A program made the position numbers and the translations under genes. A stretch of 36,750 bases of DNA, from the IMG/VR virus record IMGVR_UViG_3300037311_000208, positions 1 through 36,750 of that record. One strand, given 5' to 3'. The DNA is from a virus (lineage: Duplodnaviria > Caudoviricetes). The notes under the pieces were generated by a model. That model did no database searches. It saw only the letters and a list, made by a program, of their open reading frames with translations, and was not told where the DNA came from. Below are positions 24,934-35,800 of this stretch, in pieces; position 1 is the first letter of the stretch, and every line of letters begins with the position of its first letter.

Positions 24934-25509
24934 ATGTCGCTGCGTCTCATCACCCCGCCCAGCACGCTGCCCGTGAGCGTGGCCGAAGCCAAGCTGCACT
25001 GGCGCGTCGAGCACGACGCCGACGATTCGCTCATCGCCATGCTCATCAAGGCCTCGGCCGCCACGTGCGAGCAGGAGCTCAACCGCGCGCTCATGGCCCA
25101 GACCTGGGAGCTGATCGTCGACGCCTTCCCTGACGGCGAGATCCGCCTCGAAAAGCCGCGCGTGCTCGAGGTGCTGCAGGTGCAGTACGTCGACGTCGAC
25201 GGCATCACGCAGACGCTCGGTGCAGACGCCTGGACGCTCGACGCCGATCTCACCCCCGGCTACCTGTTGCCCGCCCTCGGCACCAGCTGGCCCGCCACCC
25301 GCGCGCAGGCCAACGCCGTGCGCGTGCAGTTCCGCGCCGGCTACGGCGCCGAGGCCACCGCCGTGCCCGAGAGCCTGCGCGTCTGGATCCTCATGCACGC
25401 CGGCACGGCCTACCGCAACCGCGAGGGCGTGGTCACCGGTGCGTCGGTGGCCGAGATCCCGGGCCGCTACCTCCCCGGCCTGCTCGACCCGGAAAGGCTC
25501 TTCTGGTGA
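24934..25509 (+). CDS. head-tail connector (gp6/phiE125 gp8-like)
   Basis: PVSVAEAKLHWRVEHDADDSLI...RALMAQTW...AVRVQFRAGYG...YRNRE. Confidence 0.9.
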   Translation: MSLRLITPPSTLPVSVAEAKLHWRVEHDADDSLIAMLIKASAATCEQELNRALMAQTWELIVDAFPDGEIRLEKPRVLEVLQVQYVDVDGITQTLGADAWTLDADLTPGYLLPALGTSWPATRAQANAVRVQFRAGYGAEATAVPESLRVWILMHAGTAYRNREGVVTGASVAEIPGRYLPGLLDPERLFW

Positions 25510-25868
25510 TGCTCTCCGCCGGCGCGCTCGACAAGCGCGTCACCTTCCGCACCCGGGCGCCGGGCGAAGACGGCCTGGGCCAGCCCAACGGCGCCTGGTC
25601 CACCGTCGACGAGCTGTGGGCGCGCGTGGTGCCGCTGCGCGGCCGCGAGTGGCTGGCCGCGGGCCAGACGCACATGGAGGTCACGCACCGCATCGTCATC
25701 CGCCACCACGCGGCGCTGGCGGCGCTGCTTGAGGCCCGCGCGCCCCTGCAGGCCCTGCGCGGCAGCCTGGTCTATGAGGTGGTGCACGGCATGCCCAGCG
25801 AGCGCGATGGCGCCGCGCTGGAGTTCATGTGCAAGCAGCTGCTGCCGGTACCGGAGGGCGGCGCGTGA
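25509..25868 (+). CDS. head closure/head-tail adaptor (SPP1 gp16-like)
   Basis: AGALDKRVTF...DGLGQP...W...WARVVPLRGRE...THRIVIR. Confidence 0.88.
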   Translation: MLSAGALDKRVTFRTRAPGEDGLGQPNGAWSTVDELWARVVPLRGREWLAAGQTHMEVTHRIVIRHHAALAALLEARAPLQALRGSLVYEVVHGMPSERDGAALEFMCKQLLPVPEGGA

Positions 25869-26470
25869 GCGGGTTCGCCATGGACGTCGACCTGTCCGAC
25901 CTGCGGCTCGACGAGCTGGCCGACGGCGCCGAAGCCGCGGTGCGGCCGGCTGCGCAAGAAGGCGCGCAGTACTTCTACGACCAGGTGCGCGCCAACGTCC
26001 GCAAGCTCGGCCGCAAGACGGGCAACCTCGAGCGCGCCATCTACCAGGCCTACAGCCGCGACAACAGCGGCCGCACCGTGGCGCAGTACCACGTCACCTG
26101 GCGCCGCGGCAGCCGCGGCGAGGCGGCCGACAAGGTCGCCGGCGGCCAGGCCCGCGCGCCGCACGGCCACCTGGTGGAGTTCGGCCACTGGCAGCGCTAC
26201 GTGGTGTACGTCGACAAGCGCGGCGAGTGGAAGACCGCCATCCGCCCGAGCATGAAGCTCAAGTCGGGCAAGGGCTACCGCAAGCCGCCGCCGCGGCGCG
26301 CCTCGCAGGCAGCCAAAGACGCGTACTACGTGCCGCTCAAGGGCGGCCCGAAGTTCGTGCCGCCGCAGAGCTTCATGCGCTCGGCCATGACGCCCGGCCA
26401 CAAGCGCGCGGCGCTCAATCGCATGGTCGACCGCTTCTGGTTCGAGCTCGAGCGCCGGGGCCTTCTCTGA
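25865..26470 (+). CDS. HK97 gp10-like neck/tail completion protein
   Basis: KTGNLERAI...HGHLVEFGH...PPQSFMRSA. Confidence 0.82.
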   Translation: MSGFAMDVDLSDLRLDELADGAEAAVRPAAQEGAQYFYDQVRANVRKLGRKTGNLERAIYQAYSRDNSGRTVAQYHVTWRRGSRGEAADKVAGGQARAPHGHLVEFGHWQRYVVYVDKRGEWKTAIRPSMKLKSGKGYRKPPPRRASQAAKDAYYVPLKGGPKFVPPQSFMRSAMTPGHKRAALNRMVDRFWFELERRGLL

Positions 26471-26479
26471 GCAGCTGCC

Positions 26480-26833
26480 ATGAGCCTTGAGACCGACTTC
26501 GTGGCCGTGCTGAAGACCTGCTGCGACAGCGTCTTCCCGGGCAGCGCGCCGGCCAGCCAGCCGCGGCCCTTCGTCACGTGGGAGCAGATCGGCGGCGACG
26601 CCGCGCGCTACGTGGACAACACGCCCATGGCCAAGCGCCTGGCGCTGCTGCAGGTCGACACCTGGGCCACCACCAAGGCCGCGGCCATGCAGCTGGCCCG
26701 CGAGATCGAAGACGCGCTGTGCGCGGCCACCACCATCACCGCGCGCCCGCTGTCCGACCAGTCGGGCCGCCAGGACGAGTACGTCGACGCCTACGGCGTG
26801 ACACAGGAGTTCGAGGTCCACGGCGGGCGATAG
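26480..26833 (+). CDS. tail terminator (DUF3168-like)
   Basis: PFVTWEQIGG...LQVDTWATTKAAA; position in the neck module. Confidence 0.8.
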   Translation: MSLETDFVAVLKTCCDSVFPGSAPASQPRPFVTWEQIGGDAARYVDNTPMAKRLALLQVDTWATTKAAAMQLAREIEDALCAATTITARPLSDQSGRQDEYVDAYGVTQEFEVHGGR

Positions 26834-26858
26834 CCGCCTGCAGCCAGTTCCCAAGCCG

Positions 26859-26892
26859 CGCCGCCCCGGGCCACCGAGGCGGCGTTTTTCTT
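26859..26892 (+). terminator. intrinsic terminator-like hairpin before the major tail gene
   Basis: CGCCGCC-C-CGG-GCCA-CCG-A-GGCGGCG followed by TTTTTCTT. Confidence 0.6.
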
Positions 26893-26926
26893 GCCCGCGA
26901 GGGCGTTTCCACCAGGAGTCATCCTC

Positions 26927-27580
26927 ATGTCCCAGATCCTCACCGGGGTCCAGTTCGCTCTGGCCACCGCCTTCGCCGCGGCCAAGACCATCACAGACAT
27001 CACCAACGCGTCGCCCGGGGTGGCCAGCAGCGCGACCCACGGCTACCTGGCCGACGACGTGCTTTGGCTCACCAACAACTGGTCGCGCCTGAACAAGCGC
27101 GTCACCGAGGTGCTGGCCGCGCCCACCGCCGACACCTTCAGCCTGAAGGAGATCGACACGTCCAGTACGGTGCTGTACCCCGCCGATGGTGGTGCTGGCA
27201 CGGCCCGCAAGGTCAGCACCTGGGCCGTCATCAACCAGGTGATGAACGTCAACCCCAGCGGTGGCGAGCCGCGCTTCGTCACGGGCCGCTACCTCGAAAC
27301 CGACGTCGACCTGTCGGCGCCTGACGGCTTCAGCCCCCAGCAGTGGACGCTGGACCTCGACATCGACAGCAAGGGCCTGGCCGGCTACCTGGCGCTGCAG
27401 GCGCAGAGCGAGTCGCGTGTGGAGACGGTGCTGCGCATCACCACCAGCGCCAACTTCCGCACCTACTTCCCGTGCTTCGTCGCCTTCAACGAGTCGCCGA
27501 TCATGGCCGAGGGCCAGTTCACGCGCGTCCGCGCCGTCATCTCGGCCACCCAGCGCGCCACGCTCATCAAGCCCGCCTGA
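26927..27580 (+). CDS. major tail tube protein
   Basis: ITNASPGVA...HG...WSRLNKRV...IDTSSTVLYP...SGGEP; AGGAG RBS. Confidence 0.85.
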   Translation: MSQILTGVQFALATAFAAAKTITDITNASPGVASSATHGYLADDVLWLTNNWSRLNKRVTEVLAAPTADTFSLKEIDTSSTVLYPADGGAGTARKVSTWAVINQVMNVNPSGGEPRFVTGRYLETDVDLSAPDGFSPQQWTLDLDIDSKGLAGYLALQAQSESRVETVLRITTSANFRTYFPCFVAFNESPIMAEGQFTRVRAVISATQRATLIKPA

Positions 27581-27582
27581 GC

Positions 27583-27978
27583 ATGGCGAAGATCCGCCTG
27601 GGCGCGCGCCCCAAGACCTTCGCGCGCAAGATCACGGTGCCGCTGCCCGAGGGGGGCGAGGGCAGCATCGAGGTGCAGTACGTGTACCGCACCCGCACCG
27701 AGTTCGCCGAGTTCGTCGGCGACATCACCAAGGCTGCCGGCACGGCCCCGCCCGTGGACACCACGGCCGAGGCGGTGGACGAGAGCATCCGCCGCGCGAT
27801 GGAGGCCACGCTGTCGGCCAACGCCGACTACATCATGCGCATCGCCACCGGCTGGGATCTCGAGCACGAGTTCACCCGCCAGAACGTGGTGCAGCTGTGC
27901 GACGAGCTGCCCGGCGCGGCGCTGGCCATGATGAGCCAGTACCGCGAGGCCATCACCGAGGGCCGGCTGGGAAACTGA
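27583..27978 (+). CDS. tail assembly chaperone (gpG-like)
   Basis: PKTFARKITVP...GWDLEHEFT...GRLGN*; ends at a slippery GGGAAAC. Confidence 0.85.
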   Translation: MAKIRLGARPKTFARKITVPLPEGGEGSIEVQYVYRTRTEFAEFVGDITKAAGTAPPVDTTAEAVDESIRRAMEATLSANADYIMRIATGWDLEHEFTRQNVVQLCDELPGAALAMMSQYREAITEGRLGN

Positions 27979-28286
27979 AAGCGGCTGCCGAGGCCATGTT
28001 CTTCAAGGTGCCGAAGGCCCTGGCGGCCTTCGGCATCCCCGCCGAGCATCTGGTGCCGGCGGTGGTGGAGGTCTGGCCCGAAAACTGGCCCGCCTGGCGC
28101 CTGTTCGACGAGATGGCCGGCCAGTGGCGCGTGGGCTTCGGCGGCCGCTACGCCCTCGACTACAGCACCCTCTTCGCGCGCATGGACCGCATGGGCCTGT
28201 CCAACGACGAGTGGAACCAGCTCTATGCAGACGTCCGCATTTGCGAAGCCGCGGCCTTGACGGCCATGCACCCCGACCCCCACTGA
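27969..28286 (+). CDS. tail chaperone frameshift extension (gpT/DUF1799-like)
   Basis: -1 frame after G GGA AAC (27969-27975): ...EVWPENWPAWRLF...QWRVG...ALDY...E.AAL. Confidence 0.8.
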   Translation, partial: GKLKAAAEAMFFKVPKALAAFGIPAEHLVPAVVEVWPENWPAWRLFDEMAGQWRVGFGGRYALDYSTLFARMDRMGLSNDEWNQLYADVRICEAAALTAMHPDPH

Positions 28287-28296
28287 GAGACGCACC

Positions 28297-31200
28297 ATGA
28301 CTACTGGCAGCAGCGGCGACACGCGTCAGGTCAAGATCGCGCCCACCGTCGACGCCTCGGGCGTTAAGCCGGGCATCGAGCAGACGAAGCGCGAGGTCGG
28401 CTCGCTGGCCGACGACATTCGCGCCAAGGGCAAGCAGGCCGCCGAAGGCCTGGCCGGCATCGGCGATGGGGCCAAGCGGGGCGCGGCAGAAGCCGCTCGC
28501 GCGCTCGCGTCCACCCAGCGCGAGCTGCAGAAGATCGAGGCCGAGATGCTCTCCGGCAGCCGCCGGGGCACGGTGGAGTACACGCTGGCGCTTGCTCGTC
28601 TCAAGGGGGTCAGCGAAGAAGCGCTGGGCCCAATGGCCGCCCGTTACCGGGCGATCGAAGAAGCCACTCGCAAGGCCACGGCGGGCCAGCAGCAGCTGGG
28701 TGTGAGTGCAGGGCAGACAGCCAACGCCTTGCGCCAGGTGCCGGCCCAGTTCACCGACATCTTCACGTCGCTGGCCTCGGGCCAGTCACCGATGCTGGTG
28801 CTGCTGCAGCAGGGCGGCCAGCTCAAGGACAGCTTCGGCGGCGCCGGCGCCGCGGCCCAGGCGCTCGGCAGCTACGTGGCAGGCCTCATCAACCCGGTCA
28901 CGCTGTTGGCCGCGGCAGTGGGCACCGTCGCGGTGGGCTACGCCCTGGGCAGCCAGGAGCAGCAGCGCTACACCGCAGCCCTGGTGCTGTCGGGCAACGC
29001 GGTCGGCACCACGGCCAACAACCTGGGCCGCATGGCTGCCGAGATCGATGCGCTCAGCTTCGGCACCACGCAGAGCAAGGCGGCCGACGTGCTCGCCCTC
29101 ATCGCTGGCTCGGGCGAGGTGGCGGCGCAGAGCCTGCAGCGCTTCACGCAGGTGGCCATCGCCATGGAGCGCGCTGGCGGCCCTGCCGCCGAAGAAACCG
29201 CCAAAGCCTTCGCTGAGCTGGGCAAGAGCCCGCTGCAGGCCAGCCTGCGCCTGACCGAGAGCACGCGCTACCTGAGCGCGGCCACGGCCGAGCAGATCGC
29301 CACGCTCGAGCGCCAGGGCCGCACGGTGGAAGCGGCCCGGCTCGCGCAGGAAGCGTACGCGGCGTCGCTCGAGGAGCGCGCGCCGCAAATGGAGGCGCGC
29401 CTGGGCACACTGGAGCGCGCCTGGCGCGCCATCAAGGACGTCACCAAGGAAGCCGCCGACGCCATCAAGTCCATCGGCCGCGACACGCTGCAGGACCAGC
29501 TCGGTGCTCTGGACGAGCGCATCGGCCGCGCTCAGCGCCTCCAGGGCAGCGGTGGTGGCGGCCTCCTCGGCCAGTTCCTGGGCGGCAACCAGGCCGAGCT
29601 GCAGGCTCGGCGCGAAGCCCTTCTCGAGCAAATCCGGCTCGAGCAGCGCTCCGCCGCGGCGCAGGGTGCGCGCACGCAAGAAGAAGAGGCCCGAATCCAG
29701 TTGATGAAGGAGGGCTGGAGGTACCTCAGCGACCAAGTCAAGCTCGAAGAAGAAGTCCTGCGAATTCGCAACCTGGGAGCCACGGCTCGCTGGACCGAAG
29801 AACAGATCGCGCAGCGCCTGCGCGACATGGTCGCAGACCGCTTCAAGAGCAAAGACAGCGGTTCCGACAAGGCCGAGCGCGATCGCGCCCGCGCGCTTGA
29901 GGCCGAGACCCGGCTGCTTGCCGAGCTGAGCGGCGTCTCTGCCGACTACGCCAAAGACCTGGACGCGCTCAACAACGCCTATGCCCGCGGCCGGCTGAGC
30001 TACGACCAGTTCCTCGAGGCCACCGCCAAGCTCAGCGCCCGCCAGCCTGGCATGGTGGCCAGGGCTCGTGAGTTGGCCAAGGCTGCCGACGACGAGGCCG
30101 ATGCCAAGCGCCGCCAGCAGCAGGAGCAGGCGCGCTACCTCTCCGGCATCGAGGCTGAAGGCGAGGCCGCCGAGCGTACGGCGCAGCAGCTGCGGCTTGA
30201 GATCGTCGAAATGACTCAGGGCAAGCAGGCCCGCGAAGCGCTCGTGATCGACATGCGCGAGCGCGTGGCGCTTACGCATGAGCAGGCCGCGGCCATGCTG
30301 GAGCTCAACGGCGCCGACGGCACGTACCACCGCATTGCAGCAGAGCGCATCAAGAACGAGATTCGTGAGCGCAGACGTCTGCAAGAGACATCGACCGCCA
30401 AAGAGGTCACAGACGCCAACGAGCGTGCCGCGCGCCAGGCGGCTGACGAGTGGAAGCGCGCGGCCGACGACGCTGGCGCCGCGCTGGCCAATGCACTGAT
30501 GCAGGGCGGCAAGAACGCGTGGGAGTACATCGTGGGCACGGTGCGCGCTCAGGTGCTCACGCCGGTGGTGCGCTACATCACGCAGCCCATCACCGCTGGC
30601 GTCTTTGGCGCACTTGGCCCTGCGACGGCTTCAGCGGCAGGCGGCGCCGGTGTTGGTGGCGGCCTGGGCCTCATTGGCGCTGGCGGCCTGCTGCCAGGGC
30701 TGGGCGCTGCCTTCGGGGCCGGTGCATCGCTGGGCATCGGCAGCTTTGCCGGCGCAGGGCAGGCGCTCAGTGGCGCCGGCTGGCTGATGTCCAACGGTGG
30801 CGTCATGGCCGGCATTGCGCAAGGCGCCGGCGCACTCGTTGGCGCGCTCGGCCCGGCCTTCATCGGCCGTCTGCTCGGCCAGCAGCTCAGTGGCGGCTTC
30901 AGCCTGGGCGGAAGCGGCAACGGCATCGTCAACGCCGGCGCCGTGGCCGGCGGCCTCATCGGCACGCTGTTCGGTGGCCTGGGCGGCCCGCTCGGCGCCG
31001 GTCTAGGTGCCCTGGCCGGCGGCGGCATCAACCGGCTCTTCGGCCGCAAGCTGGCCGATACCGGCATCGAAGGCACCTTCGGCGGCGGCAGCTTCAGCGG
31101 CAACCAGTTCGCCTTTCAGAAGGGCGGCACGTTCCGCAGCGACAAGACCACCACGTCCGCCCTGAGCGCAGAGGCCCAGGCCGCGCTCAACGCCGGCAGC

Positions 31201-32046
31201 CTGGCAGCCCTCAGCAGCGCCCGGGCCTACGCCGACGTGCTGAAGCTGCCCGCCGCGGCACTGGATGCCGTCACCTCGGGCATCAAGCTCAGCCTCAAGG
31301 ACCTGAGCGAAGAGCAGGTGCAGCAGCGCATCACCGAGGCCGTGGCGGGCTACCAGGAGGCGCTGCTCAGCACCTTCCGCACCCAGCTCGAGCCGCTGCG
31401 CAAGCTGGGCGAGTCGTTCACCGACACGGCGCTGCGCCTGTCCACCCTGCAGGTTTTCAGCAAGGGCCTCATCGACCTCGGTGGCGTCTTCAGCCGCGTG
31501 GCCAACGCCTCGGTGGCCGCGCGCGAGAACCTCATCGAGCTGGTGGGCGGCATGGACTCGCTGGCCAGCATGGCGCAACAGTACGCGCAGCAGTACTACA
31601 GCCGCGACGAGATCGCCGGCATCAAGGCGCGCGACCTGCAGTCCGCGCTGTCGTCGGTGGGCATCACGCAGGACCTGCGCAGCCGCGACGACTTCCGCGC
31701 GCTCGTCGAAGGTACAGACGTCAGCACCGAGGCCGGTCGCCGGCGCCTGGCCCAGCTGCTGCGCGTCAGCGGCGACTTCGCCCAGCTGTCCGACTACCTG
31801 GGCGAAACCGGCATCGGCCTGCAGGCGGCCGCGCTGCAGGCGCCCGAGACCTCGCAGCTCGCCGACCTGTTCTCCAACGGCACGCAAGAGCAGGTGACGG
31901 CCACCAACGAAGTCCGCGACAGCGTCGACCGCGTTGGCAGCGCGATCGGCCGGCTCATCGAGCTCATGGGCCGGTCCATCGGTGGCAGCGGCAGCAGCGG
32001 CGGTAGCGGCATCCGCGACCGCGTGCCCGAGGTGCTGGTCGATTGA
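28297..32046 (+). CDS. tape measure protein
   Basis: 1249 aa, helical; lambda-type ALRQVPAQFTDIFTSLASGQSPMLVLLQQGGQLKDSFGG motif; follows the chaperones. Confidence 0.93.
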   Translation: MTTGSSGDTRQVKIAPTVDASGVKPGIEQTKREVGSLADDIRAKGKQAAEGLAGIGDGAKRGAAEAARALASTQRELQKIEAEMLSGSRRGTVEYTLALARLKGVSEEALGPMAARYRAIEEATRKATAGQQQLGVSAGQTANALRQVPAQFTDIFTSLASGQSPMLVLLQQGGQLKDSFGGAGAAAQALGSYVAGLINPVTLLAAAVGTVAVGYALGSQEQQRYTAALVLSGNAVGTTANNLGRMAAEIDALSFGTTQSKAADVLALIAGSGEVAAQSLQRFTQVAIAMERAGGPAAEETAKAFAELGKSPLQASLRLTESTRYLSAATAEQIATLERQGRTVEAARLAQEAYAASLEERAPQMEARLGTLERAWRAIKDVTKEAADAIKSIGRDTLQDQLGALDERIGRAQRLQGSGGGGLLGQFLGGNQAELQARREALLEQIRLEQRSAAAQGARTQEEEARIQLMKEGWRYLSDQVKLEEEVLRIRNLGATARWTEEQIAQRLRDMVADRFKSKDSGSDKAERDRARALEAETRLLAELSGVSADYAKDLDALNNAYARGRLSYDQFLEATAKLSARQPGMVARARELAKAADDEADAKRRQQQEQARYLSGIEAEGEAAERTAQQLRLEIVEMTQGKQAREALVIDMRERVALTHEQAAAMLELNGADGTYHRIAAERIKNEIRERRRLQETSTAKEVTDANERAARQAADEWKRAADDAGAALANALMQGGKNAWEYIVGTVRAQVLTPVVRYITQPITAGVFGALGPATASAAGGAGVGGGLGLIGAGGLLPGLGAAFGAGASLGIGSFAGAGQALSGAGWLMSNGGVMAGIAQGAGALVGALGPAFIGRLLGQQLSGGFSLGGSGNGIVNAGAVAGGLIGTLFGGLGGPLGAGLGALAGGGINRLFGRKLADTGIEGTFGGGSFSGNQFAFQKGGTFRSDKTTTSALSAEAQAALNAGSLAALSSARAYADVLKLPAAALDAVTSGIKLSLKDLSEEQVQQRITEAVAGYQEALLSTFRTQLEPLRKLGESFTDTALRLSTLQVFSKGLIDLGGVFSRVANASVAARENLIELVGGMDSLASMAQQYAQQYYSRDEIAGIKARDLQSALSSVGITQDLRSRDDFRALVEGTDVSTEAGRRRLAQLLRVSGDFAQLSDYLGETGIGLQAAALQAPETSQLADLFSNGTQEQVTATNEVRDSVDRVGSAIGRLIELMGRSIGGSGSSGGSGIRDRVPEVLVD

Positions 32047-32552
32047 AGACCCTCTCCAGCGCCCTCTCGGCCGCCTTGGGCGCGCCGGTGCAGCGCCCCG
32101 CCGTGCTGGTGGAGGTGCACTTCGCGGCCGTGCAGCGGTGGTCGAGCATGTCCACCGTCACGTGGAACGGCCACACCTGGGCCGCTCGTGACCTGGCCGT
32201 CGAGAACCTGAGCGTGCAGCCGTTCAAGGTGAGCGGTGACCTGGTGCTCGGCAACCTCGACGACGTTGCCGGCGCCCTGGTGCTGGCCCAAGGCGTGAAG
32301 GACCGCCGCATCGTGGTGTACGGCTACGACGCGGCCGCGCTGGGTGGCGTGGCCGACGCGGTGTGGCTCTGCACGGCCGTCGGCGCGGCGGCCTCGGTCG
32401 ACACGCGTGAGGTGCGCGTGGCCCTGCGCCACCGCTGCGAGTTCGTGCAGAGCCCGCGCGGCTACGTCGACGCTGCGAGCGGCTTCACCCACATGCTGCC
32501 GGCCAACACCGTGTTGCGCATCAACGGCATCGACTACCGCCTCGAGCGCTAG
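32043..32552 (+). CDS. minor tail protein
   Basis: Overlaps the TMP stop; beta-rich; tail-tip position. Confidence 0.7.
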   Translation: MKTLSSALSAALGAPVQRPAVLVEVHFAAVQRWSSMSTVTWNGHTWAARDLAVENLSVQPFKVSGDLVLGNLDDVAGALVLAQGVKDRRIVVYGYDAAALGGVADAVWLCTAVGAAASVDTREVRVALRHRCEFVQSPRGYVDAASGFTHMLPANTVLRINGIDYRLER

Positions 32553-32570
32553 ACGCACCCACCCCACACC

Positions 32571-32894
32571 ATGGCCAACTACCCGCGCTACCTGACGCTG
32601 GCCGACAGCTCAGTCGGCACCGAGTCCGGCGTGCAGAGCGTGCGCGCCACCAACGGCACGCTGCACGTGCGCCGCCTCTACGCGGCCGACAAGGCCACGT
32701 TCAAGATCGGCCACCTCTTCAGCGCCGCCGATCGCGCCGACCACAAGGCCTTCTACGAGGCCAACAAGGACCTGGACGTCACCTACGTCTGGCCCGGTAC
32801 CGGCGAGACCTTCACCGTGCGCTTCGACGGCCCGCCGCAGTACCTGCCGCGTGGCGCCATGTTCGAAGCGCGGCTCACGCTCAACGAGGTGTGA
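32571..32894 (+). CDS. minor tail protein (distal tail/gpM-like)
   Basis: 107 aa ending VRFDGPPQY...LTLNEV, as in distal tail proteins. Confidence 0.65.
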   Translation: MANYPRYLTLADSSVGTESGVQSVRATNGTLHVRRLYAADKATFKIGHLFSAADRADHKAFYEANKDLDVTYVWPGTGETFTVRFDGPPQYLPRGAMFEARLTLNEV

Positions 32895-32898
32895 CGCG

Positions 32899-35800
32899 GT
32901 GGCAGTGAGCAGCATCATCTCCAGCGGCCTGACGATCCCGCCGGCCGCGGCCGTCAACGCCGGCGCCAGCGTGCGCGGCCTGTCGCTGGCCGCGGCCAAC
33001 GCACTGATCCCAGTGACCTACGGGCTCGATCGCCAGCCGGCCCTGCTGCTGAACGTGCTGCCCAAGGCCGACGACGCCAGCAAGGTGCTGGTGCAGTGCC
33101 TGTGGGGCCACGCGCTCGACGCCGTCGACGAGCTGCAGCTCAACGACCGAGCGCTGCCGGCGGGCACCAGCGTCACGCACTACACCGGTGGGCAAATCAC
33201 GCCAGACCCGGCTCTGGTCGCGGCGTTCGCGGCCCAGGGCATCACCTACACCGACACGCTCAACGGCTACGCCTTCAGCGTGGTGGCACTGCCCACCGCC
33301 AGCTTCGATGGCCAGCTCAATGTCTCGGCGCGTCTGCGTGGCCGCCGGGTGTACAGCAGGCGTCTGGACAGCACTGCCGGCGGTAGCGGCCCGCACCGCC
33401 TGGCCGACCCTGGCACCTGGGAGTGGACCGACAACCCGAGCGACTGCCTGGCCGACTGGATCTCCAACCCGCTGTACGGCGCCGGCGAACTGGTGGACTG
33501 GGACTCGGTGCCCGCTGCGGCCAATGCCAACGACGCCCTGGTGGGCACCCCGGGCGAGAAGCGCCGCATGCTGGGCATCACCCTCAACCGCGATGGCGTG
33601 AGCATCGGCACGCTGGCCGAGTCGCTGCGCCTGTACGCCGGCGTGTGGCTGGTGCCCAGTGCGGCCGGCATGCGGCTGCTGCCCGACGCGCCTGACGCGC
33701 CCGCAGTGAGCTACAGCCACGCGGATGGCCAGGTGGCCGCGCTCGAGCGCCTGCTGCTGAAGGACCTGGGCGACGCGCCCACGGCGGTGGAAGTGCTGTA
33801 CACCGACACCGAGGGCACGCCCTGGCGCGAGCGCTCGGTGGTGGTGCCGCTGCCGGGTGCCGGCACCACGCTCCCGTGGCGGTTGAGCTCGATCCGCTTG
33901 CCTGGCGTGCAGCGCTACAGCCAGGCGCGCCGCGAGGCCATCGAGCGTCTCAACAAGCTCAACGCGCGATCGCTCGAGTGCGCGCTCGAGGTGTTCGACG
34001 GCGGCATCCGCCACGACGTGGCCGACATCGTGGAGGTGTCGCACCCCGTGGGCCTGGCCGCAAAGGCGATGCGCGTCACCGACGTGCAAATGCCCGGGCC
34101 CGGCCGCTGGCTGCTGCAGCTGCGCGAGCACGACCTGGCTTCGTACAGCGACGAGGTGTTGCCTGCGCCCGGCACCAACGACACCGACCGAAGCATCGTC
34201 GACGGGCCCAGCAGCGGCGTGCAAGGGCTGGGCGGCAGCGTCAACCGCGGCCGCATCACCTGGCGGTGGGAGCCGTGCCCCGACACGGGCTATGGCTACA
34301 CCGAGGTGCGCGCCACCAATGCCAACTGGGGCGCCTTGAGTCCGGCGCCCTTGTTCCGGGGCGCTGCCAGCCAGTACCAGGAGACGGTGACGGTCGCTGG
34401 CAGCTACACCCGCTGGGTGCGCCACTTCGGCACCCGCGGCAACCCCAGCGCGGCCGCAGTGCAGGCCACGGTGACCGTGGCGGCTTCAGATCTGGTGCTC
34501 ACGGTGGTCGACACCGATGTCGAGACCCTCGACGGCGCCTCTTACAGCAGTCTCGCCGCGGCCCACACCTGGACCATCACGCCCGAGCTGGACTGCAAGA
34601 TCGACTTCCTGGCCACCGTGTGGGCCGAGAACCTGTTGGCCGCCACCGTTGGCCCTGGCAACGGTGTGTCGTGGTACGTCACAGCTGGTGCCGGCGCGCC
34701 TCTTTTCCTGGGTGGCAGCTTCGGCAACTCGTCGGGCCGCCAGCAGGTGCTGTGCTCGGCCAGCGTCACCGCAGCCGGTGGCGTGCCGCTCACCTTCGTG
34801 CTGCAGGCCGACTACGTGTTCGGCAGCCCCATCAAGCTCTGGGACAGCCGCATGAAGGCCGTGCAGCTGCGCACGGCGGCCGAGGTGCCTGCCCCACCTC
34901 CGCCGGCCCCAGCGCCCCCGCCGCCGTCGCCCTCGGGCTACTACATCAGCGACTACCTGGGCTCGGTCGTGCTCACCGCCGGCGAGTCGGGTGGCAACGT
35001 GACCACCGCCCTGCAGGCGGCCGCCGACAAGGCGCGTGAGAAGGGCTACGTGCTCGACTTGCCGCCCTGGCACATCCACTGGGCGTCTTGGCTGGCGTGC
35101 AACAAGATCCGCGGCGTGCCCGGCAAGACAAAGCTGGTGCCGCTGGCGCCGTTTGACCGCACCGGCAGCTTCGGCAACCAGTTCTTCATCACCAACGAGC
35201 ACTTCAGCCAGGTCTTCACCAGCTCGGCCGATGAGGTGCTGTGGGAGGGCTTCGACCTCGAGCTCACGCCCGTGTCGGGCAGCAGCCTCATGGGCCTGGC
35301 CAACGTGAAGAGCGGCCTGGTCAGACGTCTGCACCTGGCCGCGCTGCGCAACATCGTCAGCGGCCGCCCGGTGGCGGTGGACTCGCTCATCGACGTGTAC
35401 GCCGCGGTCAAGGGCCTCAAGGGGGAGCGGCTGAAGCTGCGCAACATCACCGGCGCTTACGGCCTGACGAAGATCTCGGAGTTCGGCGGCTCGTGCTTCT
35501 GGATCCGCAACCTCTCGGCCGCCGGCGCGAACCCGGACAACGTGACCGAGGGCGTGGTCTTCGAAGACCTGGACCTCGAGCACGCCACCAGCGACGAGGC
35601 CTTCGCCATCTATGGCGTGCGCGGCACCACGCGCAACTGCCACGTGCGCAACTACCGGCTCAAGGCCTACTCGATCGATGGTGTGTACCGCACCACGCTG
35701 GCCTCGATCTTCCCGCTCAACGATGGCAGCGGCGCCGGGCTGGGGGCTACGGCCGCGGTGTACGACAACAGCATCTCGGACGGCCAAATCGAAGACTCGG

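Noticed and set aside
30600-31100. Gly-rich hydrophobic repeats in the tape measure protein
   Set aside because: Common glycine-zipper/TM-like region of tape measure proteins.
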